DNA of 11,197 nucleotides from Acidobacteriota bacterium (GCA_037445535.1 JBBIKI010000023.1:1-11197); one strand, 5' to 3'. Positions 4,876 to 11,197 are shown, numbered from the stretch's first letter. Notes: generated from the letters alone by a model not told the origin. Program-made: numbers and translations.

Positions 4876-6960
4876 CTACACCTTTCCCGCCTGCTTGGGA
4901 GGTTCGCTCGCGGCGGCCCCGGACTGTCCCTTGGCGGTGATGAGGTTGGTGAGGTAGGCCGAGAGGAGCCCGCCGAGGTGGTCGCCGCCCTGCACGAGCA
5001 GGTCCGGCGTCACCTTCACGTTGCCCGAGGAGATCTGCTTGGCGATCTCGATGGCCGTCACGCCCTGCTGGCCCACGGCCTTGTTCTGCAGCTCGTAGGC
5101 CTTGGCCGTGGCCTCGCCGATGGCCAGGATCTTGGCGCCCTCTGCCTCGCCCCTGGCCTTGATGCCCGAGGCCTCGCCCACGGCGCGCAGGCGGATGCTC
5201 TCCCCCTCGCCCTCGGCGAAACGGATGGCCTTCTCCTTGTTCTGCTCGGCGATTTTCACCCCGATCTCCGCCTCCACCAGGTTCTTCTGCTGGTCCGCCT
5301 CGGCCCGCGTCTTCTCCGTGGCGATTCGCGTCTGCTCGGCCTTCTGCTGGTCCTGGTACATCGCCTGCTGCTGCTGGGCGATGATCTTCTTGGTCTGCGT
5401 GTCCATGAGGTCCTGCGGGAGGTTGATCTGGCAGATGAGGACCGAGACGCACTCCACGTGGTACTTCTCCAGCTCGGCCTTGGCCCGTTCCTCCGCCTTG
5501 CGCTGCTCCTCCTGGCGGTCCTGCATGAAGTTCATGGCGGAGGTGGAGGAGGCCTGGTTGCGGAAGCTCGAATCGATCATGGGATGGATCACGTGGAGGA
5601 TGAGGTTCTCGATGGAGCCGATCTTCGCCACCATGTAGGGCGCCTGGTCCGGCCTAACGCGGATGACCACCTTGACGGAGACGCTGATTTGGAACCCGTC
5701 TCGGGAGATGACTTTCAGCGGGTCGAAGCGTGTCTCCTTGCTGTCGTCCCAGTCGATGGTGATGTTGGTCGTGTCCACGATGTAGGCCATGAACGCCCGC
5801 AGGTTCAGATAGTAGAAGCCGGGCCCCGCCACCTCCTGCTGGATGCCCCGGAAGCCCTTCGGCACGACGTACCGCTCGATGCCCAGGTCCAGCCGGCCCT
5901 CCAGGGCCTCCCGCGCGCCTTCGCCGCCCTCCGTGCCCTCCCGCTTGGCGGCCTCCTCGATGAGCTGGCGCACCTGGGCGGGCTCCTCGCCCACGTTGGA
6001 GACCACCACGGCCACCTGGCCGCGCTCCACCACCGCCACGTTGTCCAGCTCCACTTTGAAGGCGAGCGGGTTGATGTAGTAGGTTCCCGGCTTGAGCACG
6101 TCGAACTGCGGTCCCCGCTGGCCGCCCGCGTGGAGGAACTTGGAGGCGTCCTGGAAATCGCTGTGGCCCGTCACCGGCTTGGCCACGTACTCCTTGTCGG
6201 GGAGGGGTTCGCCGTCCACGGCCGTCACCAGGCCCACGCTCTTGGCGGGGATGACGGTGGCGTCCATGATCTCCACCTTGAAGAGCGCCATGTTGATGCG
6301 GTAAGTGCCGGGCAGCAGGATGTCGATCTGCGGCCCCTTCTGGCCCCCCAGGTTGAGGAAGGCCTGGCCGTCCTCGAAATTGGCGTGGCCCTCCACGTGC
6401 TGGGCCAAAAGCCGGCCCGGCGGTATGGAGTGGCCGTCCATGGCGGTCACGAGGCCGATGCGCCCCTTGTCTACCACGATCGCCTTGGCCCGCGTCACCT
6501 TGAAGAGGACGGGGTTGATGCGGTACGTGCCGGGCGGCAGGATCTGGATCTGCGGGCCCTTCTCGCCCCCGCTCTTGAGGAACTGCTCGCCCTCCTGGAA
6601 GCTGTTGTGCCCCGGCACCACCTTTGCGAAGATCTTCCCTGGTTCCACAGGGTCGCCGTCGATGGATTCCAGGATGCCCACCTCGTCCTGGGCGATGGTC
6701 GTAAAGGGAACCTTGCTCACACGGTAAAGGAAGGGGACGAGCATGTGGAGTCCCGGCCCAAGCGTCCGCGCCTGGATGCCCACCTCGCCCGAGAGGGCCA
6801 CCACCCGGCCCTGGGCCATGTCCTTTCCGAAATACTTGCGCTCGATGACCGCGATCTGCGTCCCGCCCACGATGACCACGGCCTTCATCAGGAGAAGAAT
6901 GGCGGCCACACCCAGGACATAGGGCCCGTACAGCAAGGAAAACCTTACGACCTCCGACAT
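4876..6960 (-). CDS. Flotillin-family (YqiK-like) SPFH/band-7 membrane protein, ~694 aa, with an N-terminal module repeated in tandem
   Basis: ATG at 6960 with GGGAGGA 5 nt upstream (the track start at 7002 is a GTG without an SD). It has an N-terminal TM segment (FSLLYGPYVLGVAAILLLMKAVVIVGG), an SPFH core (ITIDWDDSKETRFDPLKVISRDGFQISVSVKVVIRVRPD..., compare the YqiK segment LITKDRMRVDVVVAFFVRVKPS) and a flotillin-type Glu/Ala/Gln-rich coiled-coil tail (QQQQAMYQDQQKAEQTRIATEKTRAEADQQKNLVEAEIGVKIAEQNKEKAIRFAEGEGESIRLRAVGEASGIKARGEAEGAKILAIGEATAKAYELQNKAVG). Stop TAG is at 4876-4878. Confidence 0.85.
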   Translation of the reverse strand: MSEVVRFSLLYGPYVLGVAAILLLMKAVVIVGGTQIAVIERKYFGKDMAQGRVVALSGEVGIQARTLGPGLHMLVPFLYRVSKVPFTTIAQDEVGILESIDGDPVEPGKIFAKVVPGHNSFQEGEQFLKSGGEKGPQIQILPPGTYRINPVLFKVTRAKAIVVDKGRIGLVTAMDGHSIPPGRLLAQHVEGHANFEDGQAFLNLGGQKGPQIDILLPGTYRINMALFKVEIMDATVIPAKSVGLVTAVDGEPLPDKEYVAKPVTGHSDFQDASKFLHAGGQRGPQFDVLKPGTYYINPLAFKVELDNVAVVERGQVAVVVSNVGEEPAQVRQLIEEAAKREGTEGGEGAREALEGRLDLGIERYVVPKGFRGIQQEVAGPGFYYLNLRAFMAYIVDTTNITIDWDDSKETRFDPLKVISRDGFQISVSVKVVIRVRPDQAPYMVAKIGSIENLILHVIHPMIDSSFRNQASSTSAMNFMQDRQEEQRKAEERAKAELEKYHVECVSVLICQINLPQDLMDTQTKKIIAQQQQAMYQDQQKAEQTRIATEKTRAEADQQKNLVEAEIGVKIAEQNKEKAIRFAEGEGESIRLRAVGEASGIKARGEAEGAKILAIGEATAKAYELQNKAVGQQGVTAIEIAKQISSGNVKVTPDLLVQGGDHLGGLLSAYLTNLITAKGQSGAAASEPPKQAGKV
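5773..6621 (-). repeat. Intragenic tandem repeat: four copies (three full of ~73-75 aa, ~222 nt each, plus a fourth fused to the SPFH core) of the flotillin N-terminal module
   Basis: Protein repeats: GHNSFQEGEQFLKSGGEKGPQIQILPPGTYRINPVLFKV / GHANFEDGQAFLNLGGQKGPQIDILLPGTYRINMALFKV / GHSDFQDASKFLHAGGQRGPQFDVLKPGTYYINPLAFKV / PKGFRGIQQEVAGPGFYYLNLRAFMAY. Each resembles the single-copy N-terminal segment of E. coli YqiK (AFVRTGLGGQKVVMSGGAIVMPIFHEIIPINMNTLKLEV). The periodicity is also visible at DNA level, e.g. 6092-6180, 6305-6420 and 6527-6630 on the plus strand. Confidence 0.6.
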
Positions 6961-7127
6961 GCAATCCTCCCAATTAAAACTGCACTCCGGCAGCCCGGCC
7001 ACGGGTCCTTTGAACCGGCGACGGGTGCGGCCCCTCGCGCGAACCCGTCCCCTTCGCCGTTCGGCCCGGCCTGCCAGTCCCTGTCACCATCATCCCCACG
7101 CATAGAGGATACCACCGGCGGCGCCCT

Positions 7128-7143
7128 CCGAACACTGGTTCGG
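7128..7143. promoter_or_regulatory. Perfect 6-4-6 palindrome CCGAAC-ACTG-GTTCGG in the divergent intergenic region between the flotillin operon and the small-protein/HD-GYP operon; candidate operator
   Basis: Seen directly in sequence. It lies ~48 nt upstream of the TTG at 7191 and ~170 nt upstream of the flotillin ATG on the other strand. No recognisable sigma-70 -35/-10 was found nearby. Confidence 0.2.
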
Positions 7144-7190
7144 AAGGCGTACACTGTCCACCGGCGCGAAGCCGGGGAGCCGAGGATCCC

Positions 7191-7376
7191 TTGACCTACA
7201 ATTTCGATCCCGGTCGCTGGTACGACAATCAGCGCGCGGCCCTTGAGGCACGGCTGGCGCGAGGCGAGCTGGGGCGGGATGCGTTCGAGGCGGCTCTAGA
7301 CGAATTGCAGCGGCGGCTGGAGGAGATGGAATCCCGGCTCGACGGCACCTTTCAGATTCCTCCGCCCAAGTCCTGA
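7191..7376 (+). CDS. Small (61 aa) hypothetical protein with a SHOCT-like motif; TTG start
   Basis: TTG at 7191 with GAGGA 4-8 nt upstream. Product MTYNFDPGRWYDNQRAALEARLARGELGRDAFEAALDELQRRLEEMESRLDGTFQIPPPKS. The segment LEARLARGELGRDAFEAALDEL resembles the SHOCT short C-terminal domain consensus (L.eL...G.it.eEFea.k..LL). It sits 70 nt upstream of, and on the same strand as, the HD-GYP gene. The overlapping antisense ORF 7090..7908 is judged spurious. Confidence 0.4.
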   Translation: MTYNFDPGRWYDNQRAALEARLARGELGRDAFEAALDELQRRLEEMESRLDGTFQIPPPKS

Positions 7377-7446
7377 CGCGACGCGGGCCAACCTTTTCCC
7401 TCTTCCCCGCAACTCTGCTACTCTGTTCCGGGGGGAGGACAACAGC

Positions 7447-8949
7447 ATGCCCGTTCAAGGCCAGAACGAGAGGCATCCCCGGGGGAAGCGCAAGGCGGGC
7501 GAGCTGGCGGCGCTTCGGGCGGTGGCCGCTGCCTGCGTGGAAGCGGCGGATGAACACGCCCTCATCGAGCGCGTCACGGACATCATCTGCGGGACCCTCT
7601 CCATCACCAATTTCGGCGTGATCCTCTACGATCTCAAGACCGGCCTTCTGCGGGACCACCCCTCCGCCCATCGCCGCAGGGGGAGCACGGCGCTGGAACT
7701 GGTCCTGGGCGAAGGCATCGTGGGAACCGTGGCCCTCTCGGGCCTTCCCAGGCGTGTCCCCGACGTCAGCCTCGATCCCATCTATCGCATGGGGGACCAG
7801 GATACGCGCTCGGAGCTGACGGTTCCCCTCAAGGTGGGCGATCAGATCATCGGCGTCATCAACAGTGAAAGCACGGAGCTGAACGCCTTCACGGAAGAGG
7901 ACGAACACCTGCTCATGGTCCTGGCCGGCCAGGTTGGGCCCACCATCGCGAGGCTCCGGACCATTCAGACCCTTCGGGACAGCGAGGAGAAGTATCGCGC
8001 CCTTTACGAAGACAACCCTTCCATGGTCCTCACGCTTGATGCCCGGGGGACCATCCTTTCGGTCAACCGGTTCGGCGCCCGGCAGCTCGGCTACTGCGCC
8101 GAGGAGTTGGTGGGGCGGTCACTCTTGAGCATCCTCCACCAGGAGGCCCGTGCGGACGCTCTTTCGCTGCTGGCCGGGCGGCTGGCCAAGCCCGGCGAGG
8201 TGGCCCAATGGGAGCGCCGCCACGTGCGGAGCGATGGAGGCGAGCTGATGCTCAAGGCCTCCGGCCGGGCCATCCGCGGAACGGACGGCGAGCCAGTGGT
8301 CCTGGTGGTCTGTGAGGACATCACGGAGCGGAAGCTGGCGGAGGAACGGTCCGAAGAGAGCCTCCGGCAGCTCGAGAAGCTCCTCGACGAAACCGTCCAG
8401 ACTCTGGCGGCGGTCGTGGAGGTGAAGGACCCTTACACGAGCGGCCACCAGCGGCGGGTCGTCCAGCTCGCCACGGCCATCGCCGGCCGGATGGATCTGC
8501 CTCCCTCACAGGTTCAGACGCTACGAGTGGCGGGCCTTCTTCACGACATCGGCAAGATCCAGGTCCCCTCCGACATCCTCTCCAAGCCGGGCAGCCTGAG
8601 CGATGCCGAGCGCACGATCATCCAGACCCACAGCGAAGTGGGTCACCGGCTTCTTCGGGGCATCTCCTTCGAGGGGCCCGCCGCGGAGATCGTCCTCCAG
8701 CACCACGAGCGCATGGATGGATCCGGCTATCCCAACCACCTCAAGGGGAGCGACATCTTGCTGGAGGCAAGAATCCTGGGCGTGGCGGACGTGGTGGAGG
8801 CCATCTCCAGCCACCGGCCCTACCGGCCCGCTCTCGGGATCGGGCATGCGCTGTCGGAGGTGTCCACCCTCTCGGGCGTCCTCTACGATCCGGCCGTGGT
8901 GGACGCGTGCCTCGGGGTCTTCGCAACAGGCGGTTTCGCGTTCGACTGA
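7447..8949 (+). CDS. GAF-PAS-HD-GYP protein (predicted c-di-GMP phosphodiesterase / signalling protein), 500 aa
   Basis: ATG at 7447 with GGGAGGA 8 nt upstream. It has an N-terminal GAF-like region (GEGIVGTVALSGLPRRVPDVSLDPIYRMGDQDTRSELTVPLKVGDQIIGVINSES), a PAS region (YRALYEDNPSMVLTLDARGTILSVNRFGARQLGYCAEELVGRSLLSI...VCEDITERKLAEE) and a C-terminal HD-GYP domain (HQRRVVQLATAIAG...LLHDIGKIQVPSDILSKPGSLSDAERTIIQTHSEVGHRLL...HHERMDGSGYPNHLKGSDI). Confidence 0.85.
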   Translation: MPVQGQNERHPRGKRKAGELAALRAVAAACVEAADEHALIERVTDIICGTLSITNFGVILYDLKTGLLRDHPSAHRRRGSTALELVLGEGIVGTVALSGLPRRVPDVSLDPIYRMGDQDTRSELTVPLKVGDQIIGVINSESTELNAFTEEDEHLLMVLAGQVGPTIARLRTIQTLRDSEEKYRALYEDNPSMVLTLDARGTILSVNRFGARQLGYCAEELVGRSLLSILHQEARADALSLLAGRLAKPGEVAQWERRHVRSDGGELMLKASGRAIRGTDGEPVVLVVCEDITERKLAEERSEESLRQLEKLLDETVQTLAAVVEVKDPYTSGHQRRVVQLATAIAGRMDLPPSQVQTLRVAGLLHDIGKIQVPSDILSKPGSLSDAERTIIQTHSEVGHRLLRGISFEGPAAEIVLQHHERMDGSGYPNHLKGSDILLEARILGVADVVEAISSHRPYRPALGIGHALSEVSTLSGVLYDPAVVDACLGVFATGGFAFD

Positions 8950-8954
8950 TACCG

Positions 8955-9428
8955 TCAGGCCGTCAAGCCAGCCGCGAGAAGGACCTGACGCAGCCCCACC
9001 CCATCCGCTTCGGTGAAGGCCGAGAGTGAGCGGCTGTCCAAATCCAGGACGCCCCAGCAAGAGCCGTCCGGTTCCAGACACGGGACGACCACCTCGGAAA
9101 GGTTGGCGGGGTCGCAGACGATGTGGTCCTCGCCCAGGGCGTGGACGTCCTCCACCACGCAAGGCGCCCGTTCGCGCCAAGCCTTGCCGCAGACGCCGTG
9201 GAGCCCGATGGGTGAGCACGCGGGCTTGGGGCGGCAGACGCGCAGGAGCAGAGCGTTGCCCGCCTCTGCGATCTCGTAGAAGCCGAGCCAGTCCACCCCT
9301 CGGCCTTGAAGATGGCGCCACAGAATGTCGGTGACGGCCTTCATTCGAGCCATGCGGTCCGCGCCGGGAGACATGTCCGTGCGGGCGGCGCCTTGGCAGG
9401 CGCCGTAGTCGCGGAAGGGCCTCGTCAT
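8955..9428 (-). CDS. msrC: Free methionine-(R)-sulfoxide reductase-type GAF-domain protein (fRMsr / YebR-MsrC family), 157 aa
   Basis: GLHGVCGKAWRERAPCVVEDVHALGEDHIVCDPANLSEVVVP matches the fRMsr signature (G.CG.A.......V.DVH...GHIACD..S.SEIV.P), including the three conserved Cys. The ATG at 9428 overlaps the upstream gene's TGA stop as ATGA (9425-9428). The stop at 8955-8957 is only 5 nt from the convergent HD-GYP stop. Confidence 0.75.
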   Translation of the reverse strand: MTRPFRDYGACQGAARTDMSPGADRMARMKAVTDILWRHLQGRGVDWLGFYEIAEAGNALLLRVCRPKPACSPIGLHGVCGKAWRERAPCVVEDVHALGEDHIVCDPANLSEVVVPCLEPDGSCWGVLDLDSRSLSAFTEADGVGLRQVLLAAGLTA

Positions 9429-10756
9429 GGTTCGTCAGCTCCCCCCAAGCCCTCCTCCGCCTCGGCGGCGGAGGAGCCCGAAAGGCCTCCCTCCTCGGCG
9501 GTCCAGGGAATCTCCGCGCCGATGGGGCAATAACGCTCGGGATACTCCGGGGCAATGAGGGGCGTGGCGCTGGTGCGGGCCAGGAAGCCCGCCAGGCGGC
9601 CCAGGAGGACGTAGAGGCCCGGCTGGACGTAGCGCGGCGGCCCTCCCTGAAGGGCCACGGGTTCGGGGCGAAGCATCTCCTGGACCAGGAAGCCACCGTG
9701 GCTCGCGCCCTCTCGGACGGCCTCCTTCCACGTGTCCAAGGGGACGAGTGAGCCCACCACCACGCCCCGGCCTTCGTACCCTCGTACGGGTTTGAGAACG
9801 AACTCGCCCGGGTTTGAGAGGAGGAGGTCCTCCATGTCCCGGGTCTTCCCATCGTGGTCCACGGGACCGGGACGAAGCAGGCGCGTCCACGGGATGCACG
9901 AGCCAAGCTCGGAGGCCAGGGGCGGCGGTAGGATGCGCGCGAAGGCCGGGTCCGAAAGGACCACGAAGAGGGCTTTGCTCCACGCCGGGTCGGTCCTGAA
10001 GCTCCCCGCGAAGCAAGCCGCTCCTTCAAGGTAGCTATCCAGGAAAGGGCGGATTTCGCCCGCGCGCCGGAAGGCCTCCTCGCTCACCACGCGCCGGTAG
10101 ACCAGGTTCACCTCCCCGGAAGGCCCCATGAGCGAGCCCTCCGTGAGGCGAAGAGCCCTGGGGTCCTCCACCGTGGCGGGGTAGCCCGAAGCCGTGAAGA
10201 AGGCGGCCAAGGCCTCCTGCTCGGACCGGGTTCCCACCTCCGCCCAATCCACGATGGCGATGCGCGGCCGCTCGGTGCCGCGCTTGTCCCACTGCCGGAA
10301 GCAGTGCAGGAGAGTGTCCAGAAGGCGGGCGGTAAGAGGGTAGTCTTCCTGCGGCATGCCGTGGCGCTCGCGCCACAGCTTCGTGAGAGCCGCCGAGTAA
10401 TGCCACCCCGCCGTGCCGTCCGTGTTGTACTCCATGAAGCGCGGGCCCCTCGGGAAGAGAAAGGAATCCCAGCGGCCCAGCGGGATGAGGGGACGGTAGC
10501 CCGGGTCCTTCAGGATGAAAGACTCCTGGAAGGCGCCGTAGCCAAAGAGGCGGCGAAGCGGCGGGTCCCTCGGAAAGGCCTCCACCACCACCTCGGCGGC
10601 GGCGCTCGCCGCCTCCACCGCGCGCCGGATGTTATCCACCTGGCCTTCCTCGGGGAGGAAGGGATGGTCCGAGACGGGCAGGGCGAAACCCCGAAACGAG
10701 ATGCCCCTCCCGATCAGCTCGTTGTCGGTCCAGGGGTGCGGCGGCGGCAGGCTCAT
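9425..10756 (-). CDS. Glutathionylspermidine-synthase-family (YgiC/YjfC-like) ATP-grasp amide ligase, 443 aa
   Basis: ATG at 10756. MEYNTDGTAGWHYSAAL resembles the E. coli YgiC segment LENNADTPTSLYEAA. FVLKPVRGYEGRGVVVG resembles YgiC YVVKPIFSREGANVSII (ATP-grasp KP..G.EG.G strand). The rest has similar spacing. It is coupled to the fRMsr-like gene by an ATGA overlap. The antisense/alternate-frame ORFs 8521..10029 and 9435..10016 are judged spurious. Confidence 0.6.
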   Translation of the reverse strand: MSLPPPHPWTDNELIGRGISFRGFALPVSDHPFLPEEGQVDNIRRAVEAASAAAEVVVEAFPRDPPLRRLFGYGAFQESFILKDPGYRPLIPLGRWDSFLFPRGPRFMEYNTDGTAGWHYSAALTKLWRERHGMPQEDYPLTARLLDTLLHCFRQWDKRGTERPRIAIVDWAEVGTRSEQEALAAFFTASGYPATVEDPRALRLTEGSLMGPSGEVNLVYRRVVSEEAFRRAGEIRPFLDSYLEGAACFAGSFRTDPAWSKALFVVLSDPAFARILPPPLASELGSCIPWTRLLRPGPVDHDGKTRDMEDLLLSNPGEFVLKPVRGYEGRGVVVGSLVPLDTWKEAVREGASHGGFLVQEMLRPEPVALQGGPPRYVQPGLYVLLGRLAGFLARTSATPLIAPEYPERYCPIGAEIPWTAEEGGLSGSSAAEAEEGLGGADEP

Positions 10757-10836
10757 GAACGCTCCAGCAGAGCCCTATACCACGAAGGCCGGCCTGCCCG
10801 CAAGGCGGAAGCGATAATGCGGGACGAGAGACGAAC

Positions 10837-11084
10837 GGGGTCAGGTCTTGTAATCACACATGCCAGCGTCATGGGGTGGCCTTCGGCATGTTGCAGCTTC
10901 TGGTGGCGTGGTAATGCCATCAAACAGCAGGTTTGGCTGAACAGGCCGCGTAGGGCCAGGGTACGTCAAAGAATCTCAAGGGCCGCGCCCGGCCCTCGTG
11001 GTTCCGTAAGATGCCCCGCGCCCTCGCACGGCCGTGTAACCCAAGATTGGCATGGCCTAATGTATCATTACAAGACCTGACCCC
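10837..11084. mobile_element. ~248-bp element bounded by near-perfect terminal inverted repeats (MITE-like) or, alternatively, a structured RNA with a long closing helix
   Basis: Left 10837-10856 GGGGTCAGGTCTTGTAATCA; right 11065-11084 TCATTACAAGACCTGACCCC, whose reverse complement is GGGGTCAGGTCTTGTAATGA. That gives 18 contiguous identical bp, extendable to ~23/25. The interior (~52% GC) contains the internal hairpin GGGCCG-cgcc-CGGCCC (10980-10995) and no ORF with an RBS. It sits 80 bp upstream of the ATP-grasp gene start. Confidence 0.35.
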
Positions 11085-11122
11085 ATTGTTGTTTGTTCTT
11101 GGCGAATCAGCGGCGCTTCATC

Positions 11123-11178
11123 CTTTAACTTTCAACTCTCACCTCCCAACTCTCAACATTCAACTTTCACCTCCCGTC
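11123..11178. repeat. Tandem heptamer array, about 8 units of TYTCAAC (CTTTAAC TTTCAAC TCTCACC TCCCAAC TCTCAAC ATTCAAC TTTCACC TCCCGTC), at the window edge
   Basis: Seen directly. It also reads as a 17-bp direct repeat TTCAACTCTCACCTCCC (11131-11147) / TTCAACTTTCACCTCCC (11159-11175) with 28-bp (4 x 7) periodicity. The region is low-GC and pyrimidine-rich on the + strand. It is truncated by the window end. Confidence 0.4.
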
Positions 11179-11197
11179 CATCGCCTTCAGACGGACC

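Noticed and set aside
4570-7194. 874-aa ORF on the + strand
   Set aside because: Entirely antisense to the clearly recognisable flotillin gene. Its translation is low-complexity (poly-Leu/Gly/Asp/His runs), typical of spurious open frames on the opposite strand of high-GC genes.
7090-7908. 272-aa ORF on the - strand
   Set aside because: It overlaps both the 61-aa ORF and the 5' part of the HD-GYP gene in antisense. It has no RBS and no domain signature.
8521-10029. 502-aa and 193-aa ORFs on the - strand (8521..10029 and 9435..10016)
   Set aside because: They are antisense to HD-GYP and run in alternate frames across the fRMsr and ATP-grasp genes. Translations are Arg/Pro/Gly-rich low complexity. 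The domain-bearing frames are 8955..9428 and 9425..10756.
10304-11080. 258-aa + strand ORF (GTG start)
   Set aside because: Antisense to the ATP-grasp gene for most of its length, and it runs through the TIR element. No RBS and no motif.
1-11197. tRNA, rRNA, CRISPR arrays, IS transposase genes
   Set aside because: No T-loop-like GGTTCGAATCC context with acceptor-stem pairing was found. There is no rRNA-like conserved block, no regularly spaced direct repeats of 25-40 bp, and no transposase-like ORF in any frame.

Overview
High-GC (~65-70%) bacterial chromosomal window with two lower-GC (~50-55%) islands at about 2700-3560 and 10760-11197. Eleven protein-coding genes are supportable. On the + strand: the C-terminal end of a NuoB-like / group-4 [NiFe]-hydrogenase small subunit, an AmpG-family MFS permease preceded by an unusual ~280-nt purine-rich leader, a 61-aa SHOCT-like small protein, and a GAF-PAS-HD-GYP phosphodiesterase. 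On the - strand: a LysE/RhtB exporter, a small membrane protein, a DUF1003 membrane protein, a long flotillin (SPFH) protein whose N-terminal module is repeated 4-5 times, a multi-zinc-ribbon protein translationally coupled downstream of it, an fRMsr-type GAF protein, and a glutathionylspermidine-synthase-like ATP-grasp enzyme coupled to it through an ATGA overlap. Non-coding signals include a 25-bp long-range stem (207-231 pairing with 398-422, three G-U wobbles in the + orientation) enclosing a GGA/GGAG-rich purine tract just upstream of the AmpG-like gene. They also include a ~248-bp element bounded by 18-20-bp terminal inverted repeats (10837-11084) and a TYTCAAC heptamer array at the 3' edge. 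Several very long ORFs on the opposite strands of real genes (e.g. 4570..7194 +, 390..1772 -, 8521..10029 -) are high-GC artefacts. The most system-like candidate is the flotillin plus multi-zinc-ribbon gene pair at 3804-6960. No tRNA, rRNA or CRISPR array was recognised. The ORF track uses GTG/TTG as well as ATG starts, so several starts were re-picked by eye from ATG plus Shine-Dalgarno context. All family assignments are from motif recognition only; no database search was possible.
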